A stretch of DNA of 64,000 bases from Leidyana gryllorum EB-2025a (GCA_048772705.1 JBLWGC010000104.1:620001-684000), one strand, 5' to 3'. Counted from the stretch's first letter, positions 26,685 to 39,744 are shown. Made by a program: numbers and translations. Notes: a model not told the origin generated them from the sequence alone.

Positions 26685-27215
26685 ATGACCAAAAGAAAGG
26701 ATGCTTCGCGTGTAGGCGACTTGAAGGTCAAACTCTCTCCTGCGGAGCAAGAGAAGGCGAAAAGCAGAGCTGAACGATTCGGAATCGTCTCGGAAGACGT
26801 CAAGGCCAAACGACGAGCAGCTAAATTCGGCACCTTCCATCCTCAATTATATTCGGAAACTCTCAAGCGTCGCGCCGCTCGCTTTGCTCCGCCTACCACC
26901 ACCGCAATTGGGCCCGTCGACCACAATGTGACCGCCGAGGAACGAGAACGGAGGATTCGCCGTGCGGAACGCTTCGGAACCTCAAATGGTAAGAGTTCGG
27001 AGCATGTTCTTTCTGGAATCTTTCTCTTTGTAGCTGATTTGGAAGATGAAAAGAAGAAGCGCCGAGCCGAGCGATTCAATGCAGGCAATCAAGCCACATT
27101 GGAACAATTGAATAAACATCTGACTGAGGAACCAGATAAACCTGTGGATCCTGCGACCCAAGCTGTAGCACGTGCAGCTGCGGACCCGCCCCTTGATCAC
27201 CAGGATGTCTGCTGA
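26685..27215 (+). CDS. Tho1/SARNP/MOS11-like protein (repeated R-A-E-R-F-G motifs)
   Basis: Five repeats: SRAERFG, RRAAKFG, RRAARFA, RRAERFG, RRAERFN. Probable in-frame 45-nt intron 26989-27033. Confidence 0.75.
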   Translation: MTKRKDASRVGDLKVKLSPAEQEKAKSRAERFGIVSEDVKAKRRAAKFGTFHPQLYSETLKRRAARFAPPTTTAIGPVDHNVTAEERERRIRRAERFGTSNGKSSEHVLSGIFLFVADLEDEKKKRRAERFNAGNQATLEQLNKHLTEEPDKPVDPATQAVARAAADPPLDHQDVC

Positions 27216-27457
27216 AAAGGCGGCCAGGTGATTCCAGGAGCCGGTATAGATTGGAAGAAGTAGCTAATTGGTCTCTGATCCATCATCGGGGGAGCCAGGA
27301 TTGAATCTGGACGACGTTGCTGCTGAAGGAAACTCGGCGCGCTAGGAGTATTCACTGGAGTTAATGTACATTGACACGCTCGTCCACCTTGATTTGCCGG
27401 CTCGTAGATACCCCCCTGACCGGCCACGAGGCCCACAAACAATGTCGTAAGCTTCAT
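27197..27457 (-). CDS. Small putative secreted protein (86 aa)
   Basis: ATG at 27457, signal-like MKLTTLFVGLVAG and a CQC motif. Preceded by the T-tract motif shared with other gene starts. Confidence 0.5.
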   Translation of the reverse strand: MKLTTLFVGLVAGQGGIYEPANQGGRACQCTLTPVNTPSAPSFLQQQRRPDSILAPPMMDQRPISYFFQSIPAPGITWPPFQQTSW

Positions 27458-27499
27458 CGTAATACGCAAAAAAGTCGGTGCCAAACACGTGTGCTGGTT

Positions 27500-29966
27500 C
27501 TATCGGTCTTTGCTCTTGAAGTATGTAGACACGCGTTCCATAAGATCTGCTTTCTTTCCCGAAACCTGTCACACTCAAATGTGGGGGTCACCTCTCCTTT
27601 TCCCCACCTGCAAACCAACGGCGACCAGAACCGTCTTCAATTGAGGCACAGTGAGCGTGGCCAATCGGTTGGCAGCAACCAAACCCTGACAGAGGATAGT
27701 TGGATGCAAAGAAGCCTTGACGATTCACACTCACACGGACTTGCTCAAGATCCATCAACGAAGCACTGCCGGATGCTGTTTTGGTACCTCCCAGTGCGCG
27801 TTTCTGGCCTCGTCCTATGGCAAAGCTGAAGTAGAGTTGAAAGATTCACTTTAGTTCCATTCAAACCTACAGTTCAGCCAACTTCTCCAGATCTTTTTGT
27901 ACGCTCTGGAAGATAGCAGCGTCTGGCTGCAGATCGTCCACAATCTCTGGTAGTTGACTTTCGCCCAATGCCAGGGCCTCAAGTCCAGCATAATGCCTCA
28001 CCAGTGCCGGATTCCTGAAGCCAGTGGGATCAACGCCGTGGTCTTGGAGATCGAGTTTCTCCAACACTTCGACAAGACGGTCAATGGTGTTTTCCTCCGC
28101 AGCTTTAACACCTTGCTCGCTCACTTGAACGTCGAAGTTAAGGTGTCGTATTTCTTCAGCGTATGGGAGGGCAATCAAGAAGAGTCCGGCTGTTGATTGG
28201 CCGTCTGCTGTCACGTCCAGTTGCGGGACGGCAGCGTACAGTCGCGGTGCCGAAGTTGCACGGAATTGCCAGCAAATAACTGCGATGCGTTTTAAGTTCC
28301 ACAAGGACTTGACCAGGCCATGGAAGAGGACAGAAGAACCATTCACTTCTGCTTCCAAGGGGAAAAGGAAATAGACCTGCATCCGAAGGGCATGGCGGGT
28401 CCGATCCAAGGAGTGCAATGGTTTGAAGCCCAGTATTGTCATTCGCACATTCTTCTCGTCTTCCTGATCCTCGAAAACCTCATAGTGGGGGCGCGATTGT
28501 ACGGCCTTCATTTCGGTGAGTTCTTCATCGGTGAAACGCACTCTCAAACCTTCGAAATCGTAGTATCGTTTGAGCTCATCTCTAGCGAGTAAATCGCCGG
28601 TGTTGGAATCGATCCTGAGACTGTTGAACAAAAAGGGCACAGCCCGATGTCTGCGTACCATTTCGTCTCGCTGTAGAGAGGCTTGTGATCTTCCGCACGC
28701 AGCAGCACTGGGTTGGGCTTTTTGGCTTCGCTGATGACGAGGAATACGGCAACTGCGATAGTCAGTCCGGGAGCAACCCGAAGGAACGTCTTCTGCAGCA
28801 CTCTGTTAGGGGTGGCGCGTCGCCTTTACACAGAGAGGGATTGGGAAGACTACATGTTGATCTCACTTCAGGTCGGCCTCCAGCTCGGATAGCATACTTG
28901 AAGCAGCTTGAGTGCTGACTGAAGCACAAATAGTGTGTGAGCAACAAGTGTGAGTGCTTACTGAGTGTGTTCTCTGACTGCAGCGCGTCGTCGGGTTCTT
29001 CCAGAACGTTTCCCAGGCGCAGTCGGGCGCTATGACTCAGGAGCCCCTCATAGTATATTTTGATATCAAATGGCTCTTCTTCGTGCAGCGTGAGGGGGAA
29101 CAAGTCGATGGTCACCCCATTCCCGATCAGGTCCATCCCACTGAGGCAATCACTTGTTGAGCAGATCCGGTGGTTGGCTTACAGCTGGCGGGAAATGCTC
29201 AAGTCTTGAGGAAGGCCGGCGCATGGGTTGGAACGATGTGTAAAGAAGAGGAGTTTGCGAGTGAACTTGAAAGGAGGTGCGTACACACGGAAAGCCTGAG
29301 CGGAGACACACGGAGTGGTCGGCTTTGTTGGGGCGTGTGGTGGGCTTACGCGCAGACAATAGCGGAAGACCGCACTGACCGGGCAGGTGCTGGACTTTTG
29401 CTTCTTACTGGCAGCCCGTACGTCTGCCAGGGATCCATATTTGGTGGTGAAATCCGAGAAGCTGAGTTGGGCCAGGTCCATCAACTTCTTGATGCTTTGA
29501 ACCGACAAGAAGTCTATGGGTAGAACCTCGTATAGATCTTTGGAGAGTTAGTGGGATGTCTGGAAGAGAGGCACCGCTCACGTTCCATGCGGTACTCATT
29601 GTGGGTTTGCTGAGTGCCGTAAAGCAGTAAGCCAAGTTTGTCTGAGCCATTGGTGATAATGCTCGACTTGGCGAGGCTGGTGAGTGCGTTGATGAGGGTC
29701 TGCGTCAGGGAGTAAGGGTTGTTGTTGTCTCATTGGATGGGTGGCAGGGTTACCTGCCATGTGATAGCTTCTTTGTTGTTAGTGGCAGCGAAAAGGTCGC
29801 GTATCGCATGGCAGTCTATACAGAGAAGCAGAGCTTGGCGAAAGGGTTGTTGTCGGGGGCGTTGACTGGTGGGAGAGGTATCCTCGTCTTGTTCAACGTT
29901 ATTGTCATCGGCATCATGTTCGAGGCCAATATCATGCTCAAAGGCAGTTGGGTCGAAGGCCTCCAT
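27500..29966 (-). CDS. KU70: Ku70 (vWA, Ku core, C-terminal SAP domain), multi-exon
   Basis: vWA start LLLCIDC and IDLFPL. Core motifs ILGFKP, YFLFP.E..V.GS..LF, GLFLIALPYAEEIR, FRNPAL..HY..LEALAL. SAP domain LTVPQLK..L..VGL..SGKKADL..R. Stop at 27500-27502. Confidence 0.9.
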
Positions 29967-30041
29967 AGTAAAAACAGTGCTACCCAGGTGTTCAAATGTT
30001 GCACATATCTAGTCATGGACAATTCAGTTGGTAGTGCTGTC

Positions 30042-32495
30042 CTAGTAGTGCCACCAGCCACTTGGCTCCGCAGAAGGATACCCACCCCGATAGCCCGCTA
30101 TGTAGCCGGGACGACTGACATAGTCTACATAACTCCCTCGGAGCATGTCTTGGCGACGAAACTCTGCGTTTCGCGCATCGTTCCACATTGCAGCATTCAT
30201 CTGGTGGTGGTAGCTGGCCGCCATTGGGTCACAGTACATACTGGCGTGGATAAAGTCTGGATGCGGGGGAGCAGCAGGTGGCGGCTGAGGCTGCTCAGAT
30301 GGCGGGAAGGCGGACTCAGGACGCGAGTAAAATCCTTGGTAACGCTCTTTATAGACGTTGGACTGTTTGTCTACCAAATCAGCTGTTGGTAAACTGCCAG
30401 TCAACCACCAGGGGACGGTGGGCGAGGGTGTAGGTGCCGGGGGCGGTCGAAAGTCCGATTGAGTGGATGCTCCGTTGCCTCTGACCACGCCCACTTGACC
30501 CCATTGTCGGTTCTCTGGCTGCTTTGCGTATAATTGATGGGGGGGTTGACCAGCAGGCCCGGCGAACTCCGACGAAGAGCCGCTTTTCTTGCTCAATGGC
30601 GGTTTAAACGGCAGTGCATCCATAATCGCGGGCCTTGGATGTGGCGGTGGAGTAACCAAAGGGGTACCGGACCGAGTTGAACTGCGGGACCGGATGTGAC
30701 CACCACTTGCGGCAGTAGTAGGCGGTGTTGTGTGCTGCTTGAAGGGAGTCGGAGGGGGACCTTGCGTATCCCTTTGTGCCACTTGTAATGCTCGAAAGAA
30801 TTCATCAATGGTGCGTCGTAGTCCACAGCATACTATTTTGTGCTTCTTGAGGTCAAACCTGCACACACAACCAGATCGGCCATCACTTCCTCCTCAACAA
30901 ATCTTTACCATAAAGAATGCAAATTGTGTCGGCTGGCCAGATCTTTGGCTGGCGACGATTCACTGGTCATCCATTCAATGAAGCGCTGAGGTCACAGTTG
31001 ATTTTCCCCAAGTACGGAGACGTGACACCCTACCGAAGTACTTTTGGCAGGGATTGGGACTTCGTAATATTGATACTCCAGTTCTCCCCGTGCTCGTCGT
31101 AGCTGCACGTAAAATTGAGTTTAGAGGCTGCCGTCTCCTCGCGACAGACTCACCTTGATTCCGTCATTGCCGTACAGCCGAACTCGACGGACGCCAGCTT
31201 CATCGGGAAAGACTCTGATCTCCACCTGGAAACGTGTGGTGTGTGTCATGGGGCGCCAGAGGGGGCGGTTGGCTGCTTACTTTATAGAGTCGCGCCACAC
31301 GGCTCAGATTCTCTCCCTGTTTCCCAATCACTGATCCCACCAAGGTCTCATGAACAAAGAATTCAACTTTTTCGGCGTTGTCTTGGCCTGAATTGTGGGG
31401 TGGTGTTGAGGAGGGAGACGCCAACTGCCTCCTACCCTCTAATAACTTGAGTCGTCGATTCCGTCGTTCTTGGAACCAACCGGCGTCAGAGATGGATCTC
31501 ACATGACTTGAGAAAGAATTCTGGGCTCTGTGGTGTGAGGTTGAGAGTACCCAAGCGTCGATCGAGTGCGAATCAAACTTACAGTGTTACACAAGCCCGG
31601 CTCCCAATCAGGCGCAGTGTACTGGGTACCTTTTGCTTGTCGCTCTCGGATCTAACTAAGAGCGTAGCCTGAGAGTAGTAGGTTGAGTCTGACTGACACC
31701 ATTGAGCCTTTAGCATTACCAGCAAGACACCGGATCTTTCCCAGATCCCTTCGCTGAGAAAAGTAGTTCCGGCTTCCGATTTGGTCAGCCATTCCACAGC
31801 GTCTTCCGGAACATTGACGTCTTCGCATATAACTTCTTCATTCCCAAACCAGGACGAAATTGAGGGGGTGGATTGGGGTATACGAATTGAGGCATAGGAA
31901 GTAACTACAGCCTGCGTGGGGCAGTATGCGTCCACCGTAGTGGTGATAATTACCGTTTCATTGGGGTCGTGATCGTGTACGAACCACACCGGCTCCTGCA
32001 TATTTCCTGACCATTCGACAACACGACCTCTCAGCCATTTTCGGGGTCCGATGAGCGCTTCTACTTGTCTTCCCACCGTAAGGTCGAGTTTCTGCAGCGC
32101 GATCAATGGTCGAGTCGGGCTGACCACCAACGGACCTGTTCAATTCGAGTAGGTCTGGGATGCTCCGTCCCTGTTTCTCGTTGTTAGTGGTCTGTGGTTG
32201 ACTGGACGCACCTAGAGGGTCAACTATCCGGCAAGCGTTCAGCCTTTTCGGCGACCAGTACGCGTTGGAGGCCACAATAGAGGCCAGTGTTTCTCCTCCG
32301 TCGAGACGCACACGAAAGGTAACATCCTTGACCTTGACCACCTCTGTGTATGATACGAGGGTCGCAGTGTGGCGTTTTCATACCTGAGGGCTTTAGCGGC
32401 GCGTCCTCGAAACAGACGGAGTCTAGAATAGCGAGTGTACGACAGGAACAACCATCTTGCTGTGTGGTGACCTCCAGACTCCACCCTTTGAGCAT
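30042..32495 (-). CDS. FMR1/FXR-like RNA-binding protein (Agenet/Tudor-like region, KH0, KH1, degenerate KH2, low-complexity tail), multi-exon
   Basis: VGRQVEAL...WLRGRVV (Agenet-like). KH1 VEFFVHETLVGSVIGKQGENL...RRVRLYG. Spliced linker RRARGELEYQYYEVPIP. Pro/Tyr/RGG-rich tail. Confidence 0.6.
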
Positions 32496-32594
32496 CTGAG
32501 ATCTTCCTTCTCACAGCACGAAATTCCCCCACAAATTCACTTTACGCACACTATTCGCTCTGTGAAAGTCCGTGCCACCCCCAAAAACGACATC

Positions 32595-35500
32595 TCAACG
32601 CAACCCAAACCCCTCGGCCCCCTCAACGGCGGCCCGTAGCAGCCGCTCGAGCTTGTCTGCATCCTCATAATGTGGTAACAACAAACAGTTGAAGCAAGTC
32701 ATGGCCGTTGGTAACCGGATCGTCGGCTCTGAGCCATTCTTCTGAATCACCAAATGCAATTCCTGCAGCCCGCCAACAGGACTCCGGTCGGAACCCGTGC
32801 AGAAGTGCAGAAACTTGCGTTTCATCAACATATCCCACCCTTTCAAGATTCGCCAGAAAGCTCGGATGTACGGCATTTCGTCTTTATACCCTCCCTCATA
32901 TCTGCATTCATTCATTCATTAGAATACCGTAAACTCAATCCGACATCACTCACCGGGCTCCCTTCTGGAGGTCATCAAAGTTTAGGTCCTGAGATCCCAC
33001 CAAGAGAGTTTGCAGCTCCTTTGGGGTCAAAACCTTCAGAAGGTCAGTGTTCCAGAGACACTGAAATCCCGCCTTGAAGTCGTGGAAACTGCTTTCGACT
33101 CCTTTGTTCAGATAAAAGTCCGTCACCAAATCAACGTATTCCTGACGATTCTCGGGGGTGAGAGTGATCTCAGCACCATCTTCTCGAAGAGGGATTTCCC
33201 GTCTCTCGCCGAAAAAGTCAATTGATTCCGTGAAGTTCATCATCCCGAATGACAGCTCAAACAGTTCCCGACCCTCCGGCGTAGAACAGTCCATCTCCAG
33301 CATCTTACGCATCCCGCTCGCCCGTGCCGGACAAACATCAAACAGATCGTCAAAGTCTGTTGGAACTCCTTGAATCTTCTTGTACAAAGCTGGAGCTAAC
33401 TTTAGATCCAGAATCACATCTAACCGGCCACAATATCAAACTTCAACTCCAACAACCTCACCGTTGTACAAAGCCAAAGCCAACAGAATGCCAACCAGCG
33501 CAAACTCCATCCCTTGACCTTCCACTGGTTTCAGCGTGAACCACAGACAACGCGAGTCGGTGTCGTATGTGAACATTCCAAACTCCGGATCGAACAGCTT
33601 GTCGCAGATCAGCTGTTAGGGGGGGGAGAGAATTAGATGGACAGCACAAAGTGGGGTTCAAATCTTCACTTACTGAGAAGAATTCGCGCTTCAAACCTCC
33701 TTCGTCCACCCCCTCTTCGCCAACAAAGTGCACACGCAGCGGTTTCAACAAGGCCGCGCCATGATGCATACTGATTTGTTGCAAAGCATCCTGCACGAGG
33801 GGGAGACAGTGAACCTGAGCAGCCGATCCTCTCTCCCAAAAGCTCACCTGTACCACGTTGTCGCGTTTCACCACCAAGTCCAAATGCGGATGCAGTGTTT
33901 CACCGCTCATGAATGCCCTCGCCACCGCGGCGTCGAGGCTCTCCAATCGCTTTCGCTCGGCTTCCGCTCTCAGCACATCACGTTTGAAGGTCGTCGGCAG
34001 CAAGTTTGAGTGGGCCAAGAAAAATCTGCGTCCAGCGAACATTGATTGACTGCAACACGAAGTCGCCGGAACTGACCTATGAGCGAAAGGGATGGGCCCC
34101 TCCACTCTCAGTGTATCGGAGGGGGCGAATCTCCAGGCGCACCGATCACTTCCTCCGACTTCGTCCTCTTCTTTGCTGGGGATACTGGCGGCGATTATAC
34201 TCGGATCATTCAATGGATTGGTGCCGGCAGCGTCGGGAGCGTTCCCCATTCGACGTTGAGCTCGTGTGAGACTGGCTGACTCGAGCATTACTCGCAGCTC
34301 TGACATTGGGTGTATAGCTCTGTTTACGGGAAATTCTACTGCGAAGGCATCATCTGCAATCTTTCCCGGGCGTCTGGAGCCCTCGTCGACTCGTCTCTGA
34401 GCAGCCGTGGTCTCGTTGGAGAGATAGCACATCTCCAGGAACAGCATGAGGTCCCTGACATGTCACGCAGAGAGTGGCGAGAGAAGCAGCAGCACTCACC
34501 AGAGATCCTCAACGGCCGTCAACACTTTCCCGACATTGCGTTGCAGTATAAAGGCCACCAATCGTCGACAGGGATCCACCAGACGAACTTGAAACTCTTT
34601 GGCCGGGTAGTGATTGGTGATGATCTCAAACACTTCTCGCCGTCCACTACAAGCCATCTTGCGGAAAACCGTGTAGAAGGCATTCAGGCAGGTTCCAACC
34701 GCCTGGGGCAGCGGATTGAGCGAGAAGACCGGACAATGTAAAGCGATCAAAAGGAACCGAATCTGCGGCGATTTGATGGGTCACAAAGCGGTGGAGTCAC
34801 CTGATCCGCTTCTCTGAAGTGCTCAGCTGTGGGCATAATGTCCTCAACAAGGTGTTGAAGAGCCTTGAGAATGATCGCCATGAGATCTGGATGAATCGGT
34901 ATCGGCGAACAGCTCAACTCTGCACTCACTGTTGCTCTCCAGAGCCTTCTCATCACATCCATCAGGGCCCAGCAGCTCTGTGTAGAAAGCCTCGAGTCCC
35001 GCAACATCGAGCTCGGGGTCTCGCTTCTTCAACAAAAAAGAGCAGTTCAATCTGGTCGCATTGGACTGAACACCCTTTAAGTCCCACTCAGTAAAACGAC
35101 TCACGAATAATGACGAAATCACTGATCGGAAGTGTTCCAACTGATTGGAACTCTTGCATTTCTGATATAACTTTATCAATTCTTCCGCCCGGTAGCCCGC
35201 TGAGAGTGAGTGTGTGGTAAACAATCGCAATGCGGCCAGGAAGATTCACCTTGTGGGGGCACAGAGATCCCTCTGCCCGTTTGTTGGAGGATCCGCACTT
35301 CCACAGTTGGAACGCGCACTAGCTGATGCCCCGAAGACGCGGCGTCCATACTCTGGCGGAACGCTTCACCTGACCAGGAATCTTGCAATGGCCACATAAC
35401 GCGCTTTGACCGCTTGCGAGGCCGAACATCTGACTCCTGTCTAAAGAGGGGAACACTCGGGACACCTGGTAGCCAATCGTCCGCCGTAGTTGAAGGTCGT

Positions 35501-37221
35501 TGCTCCAGCTCGGCGCTCCACGGTTCACCGGGGCTCGATGGTGGAGTCGTTCTCACAATCGACTGCAAACGGACCAACTCGTTCATCTTGGCCGGCTCCA
35601 GGGTTATAGGAAGCGCGGCCAGCACAGTATGGTAACCTCCTGCAGCGCACCCATACGCGAAAAGCTGCGTTGAACGACCGGCTGATGAGGAGACACCACT
35701 TTTACAGAGAAACACTCTCCAACACTCACGCAGCGTCACCGGTTGAGGCCGGAACTCGAAAGCGGATGTTCTGCCGATGCCAAGCTGACCTTCCACATTC
35801 CGCCCAAAGGTGAATGCTTGACCCTGAGAGAGACAGAGAGCGGCACTCGAGTCTTCGCCGACGTCACCAAAATGCTCACCGTGGCGGATATCAGACATGT
35901 GTGGGCCTGGCCAGCTGCCCCCATCAGCCATCGGAGACCCTTGGGCAATCCTTCAACTTTCTTGAAACTGTACAGTCGGGAGTAGTCGCCTGTGGGGGAC
36001 AAAGCCAGTGTTTTTGGTCAATGCGAGGACTCCCGTTCGACCCACCTGGATCGTGACCGCATTGACCGGCAGTGTTGAGACCCGTTGTCCAGATCTCCCC
36101 ATTTCCAGCAAACAGGATCGAGTGATTAGCGCCAGCAATGATCTTCTTGGGCCTGGACAGGATGTAACCTTCCACAGGCACTCGTCGAGGTTCCCAGATG
36201 ATCTTTGTCAATTCGGCATCAGACTTGTCTCCAAGGCCTAATTCGCCGTTGGTACATCGCCCCCATACATAAAGCCGGCGCTCCAGGCTTAGAGCCTGAT
36301 GGTGTCCGGTGGCGATATCAATTACAGTGTTCCCTACCCTACCAAACAATGATCGTCACCACACGCAATCTGGACGATGGGACTCGCTGCTAAGGCTGGA
36401 ATGCGCTTGGGCTCGGCACTGCATAGCAAAGCAAGGCAGACAAGAATTCCAGACCGTTTCAGAGTAGGCTCAAGTTACCTCATTTTCAAAGACGCAATTC
36501 CCAGACAGCCATTGGAATTGTCGCCACACGCATAGACCTCGCCTGTTGAGCACTGTTAAACGCCAGCGACTACGAGCGCTTACCCCACCGCGTGAGAAAC
36601 AATGTAAAGTAACGACCACACGCCACAGTGCACACACCTCCTCGATGGATCAAAGAGTGCACAGCACCCAGCTGGCGTCTAAAGAACTATTTTTCCGCGC
36701 AAGTCAGCACCAATCTCGCTATCTTACGGTTTGAGCGAGATGGCGTTCTCGCCTTGGCCCAATTGGCCATATTCATTGGTACCATAGGAGACAGCAGCCC
36801 CGTTTTCCAGAACCGCTACTGTGTGCTCAGCTCCGGAATCAATATAGCGCACGTCCATAGTCCCGAACCTCTCCAAATTCACCGCTCGATTGACTTTATG
36901 CATATTCTCATAGCTGTCGTCGTCAGTGACAAGAGATATTTGTCCATAGTCATTCGAACCGCCTCCGAGCACATCGCCTTTCTCAGTCAGTACATATGTC
37001 GTTTGAGGCCCACACGCCAAGTATGCGACCATTTGTTTGCTGATACGGGGTGCTCGGATGGGGTTTGGTACATTCAGCGCAGTCTGTTCATTCGCCAATA
37101 GTTGGCCTGCCGTGTTATCTCCAAAGGCATACACGAAATACTCTAGAGGTGGTGCTGGTGGCGAACTGGCCGGCGTGACCCGCCCATCGACTGCTTGTGT
37201 TCGCTCCAGCCGTCCAGACAT
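32595..37221 (-). CDS. Small HERC-type E3 ubiquitin ligase (RCC1-like domain plus HECT), multi-exon
   Basis: N-terminal RCC1 repeats (YAFGDNTAGQL, IDSGAEHTV, IIAGANHS). HECT motifs LRVHFVGEEGVDEGGLKREFF, KFLHFCTGSDR and catalytic LPTAMTCFN. Ends EGFGLR*. Confidence 0.9.
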
Positions 37222-37337
37222 TGGGTCCGCCTCCCTCCTCCTTCGACTTGGCAGACAGCACAGCTTGTTCACTGTGGGCCTCTTTTTGATAACGTGTGGG
37301 CTCCCCACCAACGCCAACACCTGCTTTTTTCTGGGAC

Positions 37338-38719
37338 ATGTCTGGTCAACCTGGTACTGCCGAGCTTTTCAGCAAGGAGGAGGCCCTGGATAAGTTCCAG
37401 GCTGCAGGAGATGTTGCCAACCGAGCCATTAAGGCCTTGATGGCCAAATGTGTGGCTGGAGCGGATGTTGCTACTCTCTGCGAGGAAAGTGACGAGCTCA
37501 TCAAGTCTATGCTCGCTAACATTTACAGGAAGAAGACGGTGAGTTCACAGGCCATCTCTGTCCTCATATTCGACCGCAGTACCCACGCGGAGTAGCTTTC
37601 CCAACCTGCATTTCCATCAACGAAGTTATGGGACATTTCAGTCCGATGACTACGGGTACTGTACTTAAGGACGGGGATGTCATCAAACTGTAAGAAGCTT
37701 GTGTGAGCGGTCCGAAATTCTGCCTCCAGTGACTTGGGCGCTCAAATCGATGGGTTCCCGGCTTGGGTTGGACATACCATGGTGGTGGGAGATGAGAAGG
37801 TCCAGGGACGGAAAGCTGATGTGATAGCGGCCGCGCAGACAGCGATGGACGCCGCGATCAAAACCATCCAGCCTGGAAAGACCACCAACTACGATGTCAC
37901 CAAAGTATTGGAGAAAGTGTACGCTTCCTTCGATGTTCGAGGTGTGCACGGTGTCCTTTCGCACGAGTGTGGCAAGAATCTGGTCGACAGCGGTGAGAGA
38001 ATCATCCAAAACCGAGAGATTCCCGACGAGATGGTGAGACGACGAAACGAGGCTTGTGTGTGTCACTTTGTACATTGCAGCCCGAGGAATTCACCTTTGC
38101 GCCGTATCAATGTTTCCTCCTCCAAGTGATGGCTTCCACTGGAAGTGGCAAGCCCAAGGAGACTGAGTTCCAAACGACCCTCCACAAGCACGATGCTGAC
38201 AACTCGCATCCCATGAAGACTCCGTTCACCCGGCAGTTCGTGTCAACTATGTTACGCAGTGAGTTTTTCTACTCGGGAGAGCGAGCACCGAATCTCACCC
38301 CCTCTTACAATTACAGATCACCCCGTGTTCCCCTTCCACAACCGCGAGTTTGATTCGAAGATTCGCACCGTCGGTCTGGCCGAATGCATCCGTCACTACA
38401 TGGTTCAAGCGTTCCCCGTGGTTTCTGAGGCTCCCGGCGAACTTGTGGCTTCCTTCACATCCACGATCGTCCTTCACAAGAGTGGAACTGTCAAGATCGT
38501 CAGTGGTAAGTCCACTGTCTGTCTGTGTCTGTGTCTCTCGCCGGCCCGCGGCTGCTCCTTTTGTGCCGTCTCACCTCTCCTCACCCCATTCGTTATTGCT
38601 CTTCGTTAGGAATGCCCGCTGATCTGAGCGTCATGGAGCCCGAGCACAAAGTGACTGACGAAGAGTTGCTGTCACTACTGTCTCCAGCAGGGAAGAACAA
38701 AAGCCAGAAAGAGCAATGA
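37338..38719 (+). CDS. PA2G4: Proliferation-associated protein 2G4 / EBP1 (inactive MetAP fold), multi-exon
   Basis: LDKFQAAGDVAN, GVAFPTCISINE..GHFSP, DLGAQIDGF...GHT, GRKADVI.AA, GVLSH; several GT-AG introns. Confidence 0.9.
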
Positions 38720-38829
38720 GAGTTGTTTGTATCGAATACAGTGGTCTCTGGACCACGCAAAGATCAGGCTCTGTGTGTGTTTTTGTTTGGGGAGCGAGAG
38801 GGTGTTGTGAGTGAGTACAGACTAATATT

Positions 38830-39702
38830 CTAGTCACGGCCACGAGCACCTGGGGGACCGTTGTCGATCTTCACCAACAGTGTGCGTCCTTCGTGATCTT
38901 TCTCGTTCAGGTGGACTGCAAAAGACGGTTTCCGATGGGTGTATTGAATCGATTGTACTTACGAATTGCCTCCTCCGCAGCCTCCTTTGTCTTCATGATG
39001 ACAAAACCGAATCCTCTGGAACGACCGTCCTGGTCCGTGGCAACATCGGCTCTCTCGACCATATCCGGGCCGCCGAAGAGGTCCTTGAGGTCTCTCCAGT
39101 TCACCTTCCACGCCAGCTGGATTAGACAAAAGTACGTGATGTGGGGCCAGAAAGAGTGTGTCAAAGACTTACGTTGCCGACGTAGAGCTGACGGCCCATG
39201 GTCTCCTCGTTCAAGGCAGCACGAGGGGCGCGGTTCTCGAATCGGGGGACAGAGTCGGGACGGTTACGTCTTGGACGGAATCCATCAGGGTTGTTGGCCT
39301 CGCGATCCTCACGAACAAAAATCTTGCGATCTGTGTTATAAGGGGCAATGTACACGGGATCTGGTGCTCTGACTAAAATTATATCTTACCGAGGAGAGTA
39401 GAGTCATTAAGTTCAACTTGAGCGCGGGCAGCGGACTCCGCATCGACGTATTCGACGATACCGCAACCCTGTGTAATGAGTATTACACTTGTGTAATAGT
39501 TGATGGAGCTTACCTTAGACCTGCCATTCTGAGCCCCAATGATTTCTACGAACTTGACTTCTCCAACAGTTCGCATGTGGTCCTTGAGGTCCTGCCACTT
39601 CACCCTCCAGGCGAGATTGCCGACGTAGACACGGCGGCAGCCCTCTTGTGGCATGTTTTCAGGCGTTCTCGTACTGTCAGCCATCCTTGTGCTATCGGGC
39701 AT
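38830..39702 (-). CDS. GBP2: GBP2-like two-RRM RNA/G-strand-binding protein, multi-exon
   Basis: RVYVGNLAWRVKWQDLKDHM, GRSKGCGIVEY, RKIFVREDRE, LYVGNLAWKVNWRDLKDLF, GRSRGFGFV. Spliced end at 38830. Confidence 0.85.
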
Positions 39703-39744
39703 GCCACTCCTAGTACTGTCGGGTCCAGAAATTTAAGGGTTGGG

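Noticed and set aside
29733-30392. 219-aa + strand ORF
   Set aside because: Shadow across the Ku70 start and the FXR-like end.
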